59,270 nt of DNA, filler included, from Sphacelaria rigidula (GCA_964200075.2; 6 parts of 6 records of this genome joined end to end with filler, not necessarily neighbours in it), one strand, 5' to 3'; shown: positions 12,324-24,690, counted from the whole stretch's first letter. Numbers and translations: made by a program. The notes: generated by a model from the sequence alone, not told the origin.

Positions 12324-12802
12324 TACACTTTTCGACGATTACATCGTGCCCAGGGTGTGATCTATTTTCGATGCCGCATTTGACCGCCGTGATTGGGTGC
12401 AAATCCTCGACTATTATACAAGAACAGCACAACTGAAGCTCTTCGTTGCACTGTTTTTGCTCGGATTTCAGATTCAGGCACATCGGTTCGAGAAAAAAAG
12501 AGCTGCTCACAACATCAGGGGACGGACGACGGTGCAATGCGGGGTGTGGGGGATAAGCGGAAGGTGCTCGACGACGAAACGTGCGTCGAACTGGACGGCT
12601 ACATGTCCAGCATGCATGAGAAGAGGCAGCAAGTCTTCAGGCGTACAGTTGGAGAGTGGATCGAGGACAAGTATGGCAGGAAAATGTCAAACCGCACGGT
12701 TGTGGCCATGCTGTACAGGCTTGAGCACAGGCGCCGGCGGGGAAGGATCAAAATCCCTCGCATGAACGAGGCCCGGAAACCACGTATTCGTCGCTTTCCC
12801 GT

Positions 12803-13342
12803 TGAGATGGCTGATGCCATCGCGGAGGAAGATGACGAACAAGCTGTCTTTGTTTGCATAGACGAAAGCTTCGTCCACCGGTCGCACGGCTGGCCTACTT
12901 GTACTTCTTCACAGACGAAGGAGGCATCGTGCAGGACGGGATGGGGCGGACATCAGATAAGGGTCGGAGGATGATCATGGTTCATGCCATCGCCAAGCGC
13001 GGCCCGTCGGTGACCCGCGGGAATGATCATTTTTCTATGCCGGAGGGCCCTTTCACGCCTGAGGCGAGTGGCAGGGGGAGGGCAAGGGCTGGAGAGATGT
13101 GTCAGCATTGGAAAATGATCATCCCCGCGGGTTGCCGACCGGCCGTGCTTGGTGATGGCATGAACCATGATCATCCTGTGACCGTTACCTGACGTCCGCT
13201 CCATCCCGTCCTGCACGATGCCTTCTTCGTCTGTGAAGAAGTACGAGTAGGCTGAGCCGTGCGACTGGGGGACAAAGCTTTCGCCTATGCAAACAGGGAC
13301 TCTGGTTGTTCATCTTCCTCCGCGATGGCATCAGCCATCTCA
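12803..13342. repeat. Internal inverted duplication (12803-13044 vs 13102-13342) within the transposase
   Basis: About 240 bp reverse-complement match with scattered mismatches and a spacer of about 57 bp. Confidence 0.93.
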
Positions 13343-14408
13343 TTGAGAAAGCGGCGTGCCAATGGCCGAGTGCCTGTGGCAGACGAAAAACGGCAAGGGT
13401 GATTATCACGACGCCATGACGGACAAAACGTTCATGGATTGGCTTCAGAAGTGCCTCACGCCTGCTTCCAAGAAAGTATTCGGCGGCGACAAGAAGATGA
13501 TCCTGGTCCTCGACAACGTGTCGTACCACCATGGGTTTGACCAGGAGGTGAAGGTACCCGAGTCCAACAGCAAATAGTACAACACGGAGCTGTTGCAGGA
13601 GTATGGGGTCTCATCGATCAAGGTGGAGCGCGTCAAGAAGAACAGCAGCGGCGTTACGGTGACCACGACGCGCAACATGGAGGTGCCAGAGCCTGGCGAT
13701 GTTTTCCCGCAAGCCAACTCTAAATGCGGCGACGGTGTGAGTAAGGAGGAAGCTGCGTTGGCTACGCGGGCGTACTTTTAGGTTCACCACCCCGAGAGCT
13801 CCTGAAAAAAGTGGAGCGGTACATGAACTCGCAAGGATGGGAGTTGATCTGGACTCCACCTTACACGCCCAGGTTTAAGCCGATCGAGTTGGTCTGGCAG
13901 CACGGCAAACAGTACGTGAGCTTCCGGTTTGATACGGAGAGGAAAAATAGATGGCATATGGGAGCAGACTCGAAAGGGGTGATTCGGGGACCTCGAATGG
14001 AAAGGGCAGGAGGGAGGTTGGAAAGCGGCCAATTGTGGCGACCTGGTCAAGCATGGCATCAAGGAGATGGACAGGTGGATCGAAAATGACACTGTACTTG
14101 GGTGAAAGCGTTCGTTCCTTGAAGACTCCGATCGGATATCACAAGGACGCCGTCGACAACAAAGTAGTATTGGAGAACGATGGGGTAGCGGCTCAGATCG
14201 AGTGGGAGATTGTTAAAGAGTGTCCGGATTTGTTGACAGGGGAGGGTGATGATAAACAGGTACCTTTGACATGTACTGCACGACTCACGAGCTGAAAAGC
14301 TGTATAAATTACAAATTATGTACGAGCCGTATGATTCATTCTTTGGAATGATGAATATGAGTTGAATCACGATTTGATTCGTCCCAACCGTGAAATAATG
14401 GTAACAAT

Positions 14409-14478
14409 ATAATAATAATAATAATAACTAGTGGTAAGCCACGGCTGACGCGCGTGGCAGCAGTGCTGCAGGTATCAA
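14409..14478 (-). repeat. Probable 3' tip of a non-LTR element with microsatellite tail; second copy at 17352-17413
   Basis: TAGTGGTAAGCCACGGCT(G/A)ACGCGCGTGGCAGCAGTG(C)(T/C)GCAGGTATCAA occurs twice, abutting (AAT)n and (GGAT)n respectively. Confidence 0.6.
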
Positions 14479-14894
14479 TGGCATTGGATCTTTCCTGCTC
14501 CGCACGTTTGCTACAACACACCGATGATGGATAAAAATCACTTTTGAAAATTGATTGCCCCAACAACGACCAGTATTCAGTGTGATCGAGAAGCATTTTT
14601 GTCCAGATTAGGGTTGCACACCATCACGGAATGGTTGATATGTTGTGTTTACGAAGATAAATGAGGCGTTTTCGTTGTGTAATGTCATATGTTTGCCTGT
14701 GGCGTGCGGGAGCAAATAATGGACCTACTCAAGTCGACGATACACGACCAAAGCAGATCCACACAGTATTGTCCACACATGGCGGTAGCAGCACACAACA
14801 GACCGCACGCCGCACAGCACAGCAGTGAAGCAGTACGCTTAGGGTTACGCGCAACTCTACACCATGAGTGGCGCGGTCGCCCGTGATGTAAGTG

Positions 14895-15108
14895 CTGCAC
14901 CCGCCACCGTCAATCCCGCATCGGAGTGTTCTCCCTCGCTTGAGAAGTCAAGGTGGAGATACAACCGATTCTACCCCCCACGACATATTCGCTCTCCACT
15001 GTTGGGCGTTGCGTGAGATCAAATCCCAGACCGCTCCAAGATTCGAACCCACGATCCCAACCGTGAGAAGGTTTCGACGTTATCGACTGAGCCACGGAGG
15101 CGAGGCTG
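14895..15108 (-). mobile_element. Degenerate partial SINE family 1
   Basis: CACGACATATTCGCTCTCCACTGTTGGGC...GATTCGAACCCACG...CTGAGCCAC matches other copies. Confidence 0.7.
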
Positions 15109-15121
15109 TATCCATGAATAA

Positions 15122-15621
15122 CGATTAGACCGTGATGCGGGTAGTCCATCTTGATCATGCATACTTTTTTCAAGTGAAATTGATGACGATCCCACTGGTG
15201 ACCTACCCTCGCGGTGAAAGGGTTGACCTCTTGACCGCGAGTGTATATCACCTGCTGAATTGGCATCAATATTCACATGAAAAAAGTATCCGAGATCCAG
15301 ATGGGCCGCCAGCATCGCGGTCTAAGGGTCAAAGGGTTGACCCTTAGACCGCGAGATTAGTCCTCTGTTGAATCGGCATCAATTTCAAGTGAAGAAAAGT
15401 ATGCATGATCCAGAAAGACAACCCCGCGATATTACTCTTTCTGGGTCATGCATACTTTTTTCACTTGAAATTGATGCCGATTCATCAGAAGACTAACCTC
15501 GCGGTCTAAGGGTTAATCCTCGGACCGCGAGGAGGGTAGGTCACCTACTGAATCGGCATCGATTTTCACATGAAGAGCGTATGCGTGATCCAGCTGGACT
15601 ACCCGCACCGCGGTCCAAGGA
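15122..15621. mobile_element. Cluster of four piggyBac-type MITEs joined at TTAA-like sites
   Basis: Units with CCCTTAGACCGCGA...TCGCGGTC(T)AAGGG ends at about 15122-15222, 15227-15328, 15341-15512 (palindromic) and 15517-15621; junctions TTGA/TTGA/TTAA. Confidence 0.8.
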
Positions 15622-15799
15622 TTCACAGAACCTACTGTCAGAGTAGAACCATTTTCACACGACACTGGCGCATAGACTCGCTCATCCAACGAACTACACT
15701 TTGAATCCACCCACGGACAACAGAGCCGGCATGGAATATGTCACTCGGGAAGCGACGATTGCCTGCGGCTAACCTGACACAACGCATGAAAGTATACGT

Positions 15800-15838
15800 A
15801 TTGATTGATTGATTGAGTGATGATTGATTGATTGATTG
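15800..15838. repeat. (ATTG)n microsatellite
   Basis: Direct reading. Confidence 0.9.
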
Positions 15839-16235
15839 TCGCACTTTAACAGACCCCCCAGGGGTCCAGCCGAGGTCTCATGATAGGCGTACCCGAGAAA
15901 AACGAAATTCAAACACTCTATGGAAAAAAAAAAAAAGGAACAGAAAAAAAACAAAAGAAAGAGGAGTCGAACAGAACGACATAGCAGAGTAAGTCGTGAC
16001 AAAAAAAAAGTGATGAAAATTCAACACAAGCAAAGCACAGGAAGAAATGGCCCATCAAATCAAAATCGAACCGTTGTGTTTGGCCAACATCATCCATGCC
16101 GAAAAGGAAATTGCGAAGGTCCGGGAGCGTGTTGCGAGGGAGTATAGAGCGAAGCAGTACAGTGAGAGCAAACACGCAGAGACGAATCACCGCACGAGCT
16201 GGATTGACGGCCTGTGTAGTCTGTCTACTCAGTGT

Positions 16236-16591
16236 GTGTGTTGTCCCATTCCTTCTGGACGCCCGTCTGCACCTTTCGGTATATGTGGGCGCACCAACCG
16301 GGGTCACATAGGAGGAAGGTCAACACAGGAGTGTTATTTGATTGTTCTTGTTTGTTTTTCATTCTCCACCTTCCTACTGCGGTGCTTCCCTTAATTTTTT
16401 ATCGTCACAGGGGTTCAGCAGTCCCTTTCCGTCGTCGACCATCCAGTCGGTTTTGGGTACCCACGACATAGTTGCTTTCCACTGTTGGACATTGTGTGAG
16501 AAAAATCCCAGGTCGCGCTCGAAGATTCGAACCCATGACCCGACCGTCAGAGGGTTTCGAGGTTACCAACTGAGCCACCGGGGCGACCGGC
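16236..16591 (-). mobile_element. SINE family 1, full length
   Basis: Full colinearity with 5752-6098; TSD AGTGT (16231-16235/16592-16596). Confidence 0.88.
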
Positions 16592-16612
16592 AGTGTCAGT
16601 GTATGTGATTAA

Positions 16613-16780
16613 CCCTTAGACCGCGATGCGGGTAGTCCATCTGGATCACGCACACTGTTTTCAAGTGAAGTTGATGCCGATTCAGCAGGTGACCTACCTT
16701 CGCGGTCAAAGGGCTAATCCTTACACCGCGATGCGGGTAGTCCATCTGGATCACACACTTTTTTCCAGTGAAATTGACGC
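16613..16780 (+). mobile_element. piggyBac-type MITE (about 100 bp) plus tandem partial copy
   Basis: TTAA-CCCTTAGACCGCGA...TCGCGGTCAAAGGG-CTAA, then a repeat of the left half. Confidence 0.78.
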
Positions 16781-18026
16781 CCGTGCAAGCAATGAAAGCG
16801 GTGGGCAGTTTTGTGCAGGATTATTAGTGTACTATAGACAATAACATGAATCTATATTAGACAGTGTGACATAAGTCTACAGTGAACATAGTAGTGATTA
16901 GTTGCTGGCTGGGGGTTTGGTACTTTTTCAAGTGAAAGTAATCAGTGGTGAAATGTTTCCGATGCAGTGAAAGCCCTGGCCGTTTTTTGTGAATTACTGT
17001 TCCGTCCTTTCTTGTGACGACTTGCAGTGAGGGAATAGTTACGCACTGATCATACTTGGGCGTGCAAAGATACAACAGAGCAGACCAGAAAACCGGGCAG
17101 CTTGCGGTCAAAGGGTCTCGGATTGCCATCAACTCGCAAAAATAGAACGGATGAAGAAGTTTTTCCGATGCAGTGACAGCCCCGGTCGTTTTGTGTGAAA
17201 TACTGTTGCACCCTTCTTCGTGACAACTTGCAGAGGCCGTTTTTTTGTGGCAGATGAAAGGTTGGGGAAGTGTAAATTAGTGTTCCGAGAAGGATCACAC
17301 GCTTACTTGATTCCAGTATCGAGCGGCGGATCATTTAGCCTAATAATACGCTGGATGGATGGATAGTGGTAAGCCACGGCTAACGCGCGTGGCAGCAGTG
17401 CCGCAGGTATCAACACCACGCGGGTCTCGCACACGTGCAGGCTTTGAACCAAAATGACCGAGAACAAAGAGCGGCCCCGACCTTGACCACAATTCATTAG
17501 TATTAGCAGATAAGGACTTTCAACCCGGCCCAAGATAGGGTGCTAGTCGGAGGGGTACTAAACTCCGGAAAGTGTCCAGGCTGTTCGCGGACATTTTATC
17601 GACCATAGGCCATGTTTGTTCCTTTCTTTGGATACGCTTGATACATCCTTGACACAGAGAAGTCGTGCGTTGAAGTCACGCCCTCCCTATTCAGACGCCA
17701 CATACACCTTCACGCAGCTGACACATCCCGGGATTTCACCTTTTTTTCGAATGTTTTACAGGCTTACCCTTGAAACCCCGCGAAGGAAGTACTTTCCCGA
17801 TTTGTTTTGCTGACCGCGGGACGTGCCCCCCTGAGGAAAGTTACACTTTGCCGCCCTCAATGTTCTTGTTGCACTCTGAGCCCACCCCTTCCTCCGGATG
17901 AGTCCGTGGTCTCAAGAGATCAAGTCATCTCTCCCCTGATTCAATTGAATCAAAGCAAATGGAAAATAAGCACAGATATACGGAACTGAGGAGAAAACGT
18001 GGAAGGGGAGATCTAAGCAGATAACC

Positions 18027-18664
18027 ACGTGACCACTACAAAAGAAGAAAGTAAGCGTATGGCCGGTAGAGATACTAAACGCAGGGGTGTTGGCCCCTGA
18101 AAAGTGTTCGGGCTTTTCGACCACACGTCACCGCCCACAGACCACTCTTGACGGAGGATCCTGAGAAATGGGGTTGAATGTTAAACTAATTACATATGAC
18201 TTTTGTATAAACGGCCCATCTCCCCCACGAATCTTCCTCATGGGGGGTTTCGACGTTTCCGTCCCCCGACAGGGTATGACTGTGCAAACAAACCATTCTC
18301 GGGCGAAAAAGCGTCCCCCTTTTCACCCCAAAATCGAGGCAAAAATGTGTTTTCGCACATGCCCTCTGCGGGAACGGAAGGGTAGAAACCCCCCGAAGTA
18401 TTTTCAGGGAGATCGGAGGGGATGAGATCGTCCATATATGAAAGTAATGTGTCACTACTTTAGGTCAGCAAAGCACTGATTGGAGTTGAAAGTCATTTTG
18501 ATGTTCAATTTGGTTCAACCTATTCCTCAGGATCCTCTGTAAAGAATGGAATATGGTTGGTGAGGTATCGTCGAACAGCCCGGACACCTTTCGAGGGATA
18601 AGACCCCCCTCCGTTTAGCAGCCCTAACGGTCACGCCTACTTTCTTCTTTCGTAGTGGTTACGT
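18027..18664. mobile_element. MITE-like element with about 140-bp degenerate TIRs
   Basis: ACGTGACCACTACAAAAGAAGAAAGTA...GAGGATCCTGAG (18027-18165) is inverted at 18526-18664. Confidence 0.7.
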
Positions 18665-19361
18665 AAGTGCAGAGTCAGTGTGTGTGCTGTTCGTTTTTGC
18701 TGGATATAACGGCAAGATACATCCAGCATGCCATCGCTCTCACTGGACACAGTCTACTGCATGCTGTTGTGCCTCTGCTGAGTGGCAAACTCCGGATGTC
18801 CGCGGATTGTCAGCCCGTGAAACTGTTCCGAGGCGGCGCTCGATGTCTAAACGTTTTTGTGACGGCCCTCACTATTCAGACGCTACACATACACCTCCAC
18901 AACGCTGGCACATCCCGGGGTTGAACGTTTTTCTCCAAGTGTCTTTCAAGCTTACCTCATAACCTGTAGGACTGAGAAAATTTCCGGTGTGTGGGGGAAT
19001 TGCTGCAGGTATCTCAAACTCGGAGTTCCCGGTATATTTGGCTGCAAATTACTGTGAAACATCCCGCGAACCTCGAGTTTGAGAAATCCCCCCGCTGCTA
19101 ATAACCCGTATCGCACACATCGCCGAGAATCACAGATCTTCTATACTAATATTTTTTCTTATTTCTTTATGGGCACAGAAGTGTGCGCGGTATGCACGTG
19201 GTGCAGATAAGCGGGGATGGTGGTGAGCCAATCAGTGTGTTGTATATCTATTCTTATGTATATCTGCAAACATGGAATTTTCCGCAGAGCTGCGTGCAGG
19301 AGTTGAACCTGCCACAGAAACATGGCTCAGTTTCATTCACCATTCCCTGTTCGCACTGACG

Positions 19362-19691
19362 GTGGACGCCAGTTTATCTTAGAGTTGGGGCATATGTGGG
19401 CGCGCCAGCCCGTGCCACACAGGAGGAACGCCAACCCCGGAGTTCTCCATTTTGTTTTCAGTACCCCACCTTCCTTTTGCGATGGGCATCGGTGCGTACG
19501 GTGTCGGTCAGTCCGTGAGCAGTGGTGTGCGTGCGTTTGTGTGTGGTCATCCCATCTATTCTGGACGCCAGCAGTCTACAACTCATTCCGGTATATATGT
19601 GGGCACATCAGCCGGAGTCACACAGGAGGACGGCAAACATAAGTTTTTTTTTTCTAGTACTTTACCAGCTTCCTGCGGTGCTTAGCTTCTT
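19362..19691 (-). mobile_element. Two degenerate SINE family 1 3' fragments
   Basis: GGACGCCAG...TATGTGGGC...CACACAGGAGGA blocks present twice. Confidence 0.65.
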
Positions 19692-19791
19692 NNNNNNNNN
19701 NNNNNNNNNNNNNNNNNNNNNNNNNNNNNNNNNNNTTAATTAATTAANNNNNNNNNNNNNNNNNNNNNNNNNNNNNNNNNNNNNNNNNNNN
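19692..19791. other. Artificial contig spacer
   Basis: Same N44-TTAATTAATTAA-N44 linker. Confidence 0.98.
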
Positions 19792-20533
19792 AGTGCGTCC
19801 GACGGGAATCGAACCAGCGACTAACTTTTGTGACGGTTGAAGAAACAACCAACTAGACTACTGACAAGTCAGCAGCAACCTCTGTAAAAAGTTGGTCCAA
19901 AGAAAAAGGTTGGGGGCCTGGTGGCTATGTTTGAGGTTGACTGCTAGGGGCCCCAGTGCACACACTTTGGGAACGAGTGGGGGAGACGAGTACCTCTAGG
20001 GTACGGGTGAGAAAAGTTAGTCGCTGGTTCGATTCCCCTCGGACGCACTTTCGTTGAAGAAAAAAAGAGGAGAGAAAACCTCTGTAAAAAAATTGGCCCC
20101 AAGGAGAGATAATCTCAGTAAACAATTGGCTCAAAGAAAAAAGGTGAGGTATAGCCTGGTGGCTATGTTTGGAGTTGACTGCTAAGGACCCCGGTGCACA
20201 CACTCTTGGAATGAGTGGGGGAGACGAGTAACTCTAGGGTACGGTGAGAGTGACAACACTAGAAATCCTGATGACAATCGATAGAGCGCTGGCAAGGGGA
20301 GTCGTCCTGCTCGGAGTAAAAGTGACGGGAATCGAACCCCCACGACTAACTTTTGTGACGGTTCAAGATACAACCAACTAGACTATTGACTAGTCAGCGC
20401 TGACCAGTCAATAGTCTAGCTGACTAGTCAATAGTCTAGTTGGTTGTATCTTGAACCGTCACAGGGCGAGGCAGCAGGGCGAGGCAGCGCTGACTAGTCA
20501 GTAGTCTAGTTGGTTGTATCTTAAACCGTCACA
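19792..20533. mobile_element. Rearranged cluster of a second tRNA(Asp-like)-headed SINE-like repeat
   Basis: Head GCTGACTAGTCAGTAGTCTAGTTGGTTG...CCGTCACA...GGTTCGATTCCC in both orientations; body duplicated (about 19887-20011 vs 20077-20248). Confidence 0.6.
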
Positions 20534-22339
20534 GAGCGAGGCCAGAATTGGCCAATGAGCAAGTAATGGTGGGCGGAGGTCCCAGTTGCTTGTTGCTGCC
20601 GGACCAGCGCGTAGCTGGAGATACTCCTTGCATGCTCGAAGCTGCAGGGGGGTGTTATCGTCGTGATGAGAGTGAGCAGAGCAAGCTTGGGGCTTGTGAT
20701 GCTCATGGTGAATCTATCTGCGCCAGTGACATGGCGGAAGATCGTTGAGATGATTCGCAGGAGTGTCTGCTTGAATGACAGGTGGATGTTGGGTTGGCGG
20801 AATCGCCGCCGGAGTAGCGCGTAGCTGTGGACACGCCTTGCATGATCGGAGCAATAGGGGCGTATGACCCGCGTGAAGCGGGTACGCTGAGCGCGCTGCA
20901 AGCTCGTGATGCTGTTAGCGATCACAATTCTGACGGCGACGACGAGCGTCGCGTGGTGTTGGGGTGGTCGTGTGCACTGCTGTATGCATGGATAGGTTTG
21001 GCGTATTTGGCGGCGTTGATTGCGGTGTCTTTACCGCTGTACGGTCAGGCGCTGGAGGAGGATGGCGTGATGCCATCAGGAGGTGTTGCTGTTCGGAATT
21101 GTATAGATGTTCCCGTTTTGCCTCTTGTTTCCTGTGAACAAGCGACTGAAGAACGAGCGTTCGTGATTGCGCAAGCATCTGTGGGGGCGAAGGGTCTGTC
21201 GCATGGGTTTGGCGGTGCGAATACACCTTTAAGCGGCGTGTTGAGCTATACCATGGGGGTGCCAGGTGTAGCTAGACTGAAGGTGCAAGGAGCTAGTGTT
21301 CGAGTGGAAACGCTGCTCTACGATGTGTGCACAGGTTCGTGATTCGAGTGCTGACGCTTCTCAGGAGCGGGCTGGAGGACTACAAAGAAGGCATGAACTG
21401 AGGCGTTTGCTGTCGTGGTGAGGGTCGCGTTGGGTGCTGATGTCGAGGAGCAAGCGCTGAGGTGATCGAGTGCTTGTTGAGAATGAGGAAACACATTATG
21501 AATGGTATTCGCGAATCGTTTTGAGAATGATTGCAGCGTGTTATTGTGAAGTTTGTGGTCATGTTTGCGCATGAAACATAGTTGTCCAGCGAGCATGATC
21601 GTATCGCGTGTGCAGGGTAAAACTCTGGCGTACACGTGGATATTTGGCATGTGTGTGTTGTGCTGGTCTGGTTGGCACGGACGATGCATGGTGTTTGCTG
21701 CGAGAAAGGTGGCATTGCATGTGCTCAGTGAAATATTGGCATGCATGTGCGGATTTTCGTATGCTGAGTGGAATTCTGGCAGGCATGTGCGATTTTTTTT
21801 CAAATGGTACCGACATGAGTGGTATCTGGTGAAGACCCAGGGTGTGGCAGTTTTCAATATACTGCTGTATGCTAAATGAAGAGAACCTCGTATACTCTTG
21901 TTCGCGCAGGAACACAGTCGAATCATATTCGTGCGGTTTGCACGTACGGACTGCAGGATATATGGATTGCTGCTGTTAGCGTTCAAATGAGCAGTAACTA
22001 GGAAATGCGTAGGCTCGTACTGACTGTAGGAGACGGTGACACCTGCTGTTAGCGTGAAAATGAGCTGAAAGATACGAAATGCGTAGGCTCGTCGTATGTG
22101 AGCAGGGATGACGCGAGTGCCTCCGGTGGTTGAAGATCAAGATATTATGCGCGCATGCATCGATGATTCTTGACCGGGCATGTTTTTGTATGGGTTTTCA
22201 CGTGTTCAAACCGCACGTGGTTGGTTTTTCGTTCATGTCAGAAGGAGCATGTGGATGATGCGTCCATTTGTTCGAACAACTGATGCATGTGGACAGCAAG
22301 AGTGTCGAGGAATTCATCATTTCTACATTTTGGCTGATG

Positions 22340-24690
22340 CACGGATGAGATATGACGGTCCAAGATCCAAACGAGGTATAGAAATGTCTGGGATTTGCTT
22401 GAAAGAAGAGTTCGAAAACGAGATCACGAGGGGTGATCAATTACGGCGGAGGTCGAGGTCCGTTCGCCGTCGTTAGATTAGTATGCATGGCTTGAATAGC
22501 GGTTTGAGTCATGGCTTTCCTTTCATTACCTTCATGAAATGATGACAAGATGAAGCATTGAAGCTTTGACGGCAGGGAGGCATGCGATGCATACATTTTT
22601 TACGGTGTTGCAGAAGCAAGAGGCCAGGTGCGTTTGAGACGTGTTAGGTGCTTATTTCCTTCTAGCGTGTGGATCATTTGGATGCTGCACTCCGTCGCGC
22701 AGGTGTTAAACGTACAAATAATGTATTTTGTATGTTGAGAAGTACCTTGCCTCAGATGAGAGGGACGATGAGTCACGAATTCTCTGGAATTTGACGTTCG
22801 CTGACATTTCCGGTTTCGCGCCGGTGAAGAGTCAAGAGACTTGTTTCGGGCGAAGATTTGAGAATGTGGCGCTAGCTATCGCTTTATAACTCGAAGTGGT
22901 GCAAGTCGCGTGATTGCATGCTCATGATGGAAGATATTTTCTTGGGATCTCTTGCGAGTTGTGTGGAAGTGGGGCAAGCTTGTATGGAGCTGTTGTCGAG
23001 AGCAGCGGAAGACATTGCTATTCTTTGCGGAAAACGACAGTACAATCAGGCACCAATGATGTCTGAGTTTGTCAAGCTCTGATGTAACTACTTGTTGGTA
23101 GTAGAGAGCTTTGTGGGTGCTGTAGACTCTAGCCACCATTGTTACCTAAGATTGGGGACATTGTGTAAATGGAGTTGCGGGTCTGATTGCCGGACTCTGT
23201 GATGAGTAACCTCCATGACGTGTAGCCTTCGTTTTGCTACTCTGATGGAGAGAGGCTATGGTCCTGTTCTCCTGTACTATGCCGAGGGTCAATACATGAG
23301 TAACTGAAGCTGCTGAAGTCCATGTCCCAGTGATGGGAGGAGTCCACATGGCGATGTGATTTTGAGAGACAGAGATCTATAATGCGCAAGGGAAATGCGA
23401 GTGATTTTTGCGGTTGAAGATGAGTGATCCTTAGCTATGGAACGTCTTCGCAGGAAATATTATATTTCCGTCTGGAAGGATCATGTGGATGTAGTGTCCG
23501 TTTGTCTAAGGAAGCGGTGCAGGTGAGCTGCAAGTCTGTTGGGACATGAACTGCATATTATTACATCAAGGGTCATCGACCGATGGGATATGACGGTCCT
23601 TAATCCAAGGTGGGATACTCTATCTGGGTGCTTTCTGGGATGTGTGTGTGTGTGTTGTGTGTTGTCGTCCCATCTTTTCTGGACCTCAGTCTACATACAC
23701 CTTTCGGTATAGGTGGTCACACAGGAGGGAGGTCAACAAAGGAGCTTCTTTGTTTTTATTTGTTTTTAGTACCCCACGTCCCTTCTGCGGTGCCTGCCTA
23801 TATTTTTTATCGCGAGAGGGGTTCAGCAGTCTCTTTCCCTCGTCGATTGTTAAGTCAAATTTATGTACCCACGACATGGTTGCTCTCCACCGTTGGGCAT
23901 GGTGTGAGAAAAAATCCCAGAATACTCCGAGATTCGAACCCACGACCCAACCGTCAGAAGGTTTCGAGTTCACCAACCGAGCCACCGGGGCGACCGGCTA
24001 TATATTCGGAAAAACGAGTTCGAGAAAGATATCACTACGGGTGATCAATGATGGCGGAGGTCGAGGTCCGTTTGCCGTTGTTGGATTGGTATACATGACT
24101 TGAAAAGCGGTTTGAGCCATGGCTTTTTCCCCGTATGCTCATGAGTTGAGTGGCGCAATGAAGCTTTGAAGCTTTCACGAAGAAGAGGGGGCGATGTATA
24201 CGTTTCCACGGAGTTGAACAAGCGAGAGACCAGCGGCGTTCTAGACGTGTGGGATACTAATTTGATCCTAGTTTCAGGTATATCCCTTGGCTTGCACTCC
24301 GTTGCGCAGGTATTGAACGTACGAAAGAGCATCTTGTATGTTGAAGTTCGTTGACGTTCAAGATTTTTTTGCCGATTTGGAATAAGGAGACTTGTTTTTG
24401 GCATGGGTTTGAAAATTGGGCGTCAGCTATCGCTCCGTGACTCGGAGCGACGCATGTAGCGTGATTGCGTGTTCATGATGGACGTTTTGGATCTCTTGCG
24501 AGTTGTTCGGAAATCGGTCAAGCTTATATGGCTGTTATCGTATACTGCGGTAGGGATTACCATTTAAGGTGAAAATTGACGGTAGACGTGGGCAATAATT
24601 ATGTCTGAATTTATCAAGCTCTAGGTTGACTATTTGTTGGTAGTAAGCGAGCTTTGGGGGTGCTGTAGACTCCGGGCAACTATACTGATT
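22340..24690. repeat. Diverged tandem duplication (unit about 1.25 kb) of unidentified coding-like DNA
   Basis: 22410-23140 aligns with 24020-24680; GACGGTCC..ATCCAA block at about 22355 and 23595; the SINE at 23641 accounts for the extra offset. Confidence 0.8.
23641..23998 (-). mobile_element. SINE family 1, full length
   Basis: TG tail, body and tRNA head match other copies. Confidence 0.88.

Larger units (their letters stand above)
10733..14295 (+). pseudogene. Decayed IS630-Tc1-mariner (DDE, Sailor-like) transposase with one intron (11337-12471)
   Basis: Ala/Glu-rich coiled-coil N-terminus; HTH-like segment split by GTAAG...TTCAG; catalytic motifs VFVCIDES (D at 12861), GDYHDAM...FMDW, ILVLDNVSYH (D at 13512), LIWTPPYTPRFKPIELVW (E at 13886); several stops and frameshifts; end coordinate approximate. 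Confidence 0.9.

Noticed and set aside
18034-18657. CACTA transposon (CACTAC...GTAGTG)
   Set aside because: The inverted repeat extends beyond CACTA and no 3-bp TSD is present; left as an unclassified MITE.
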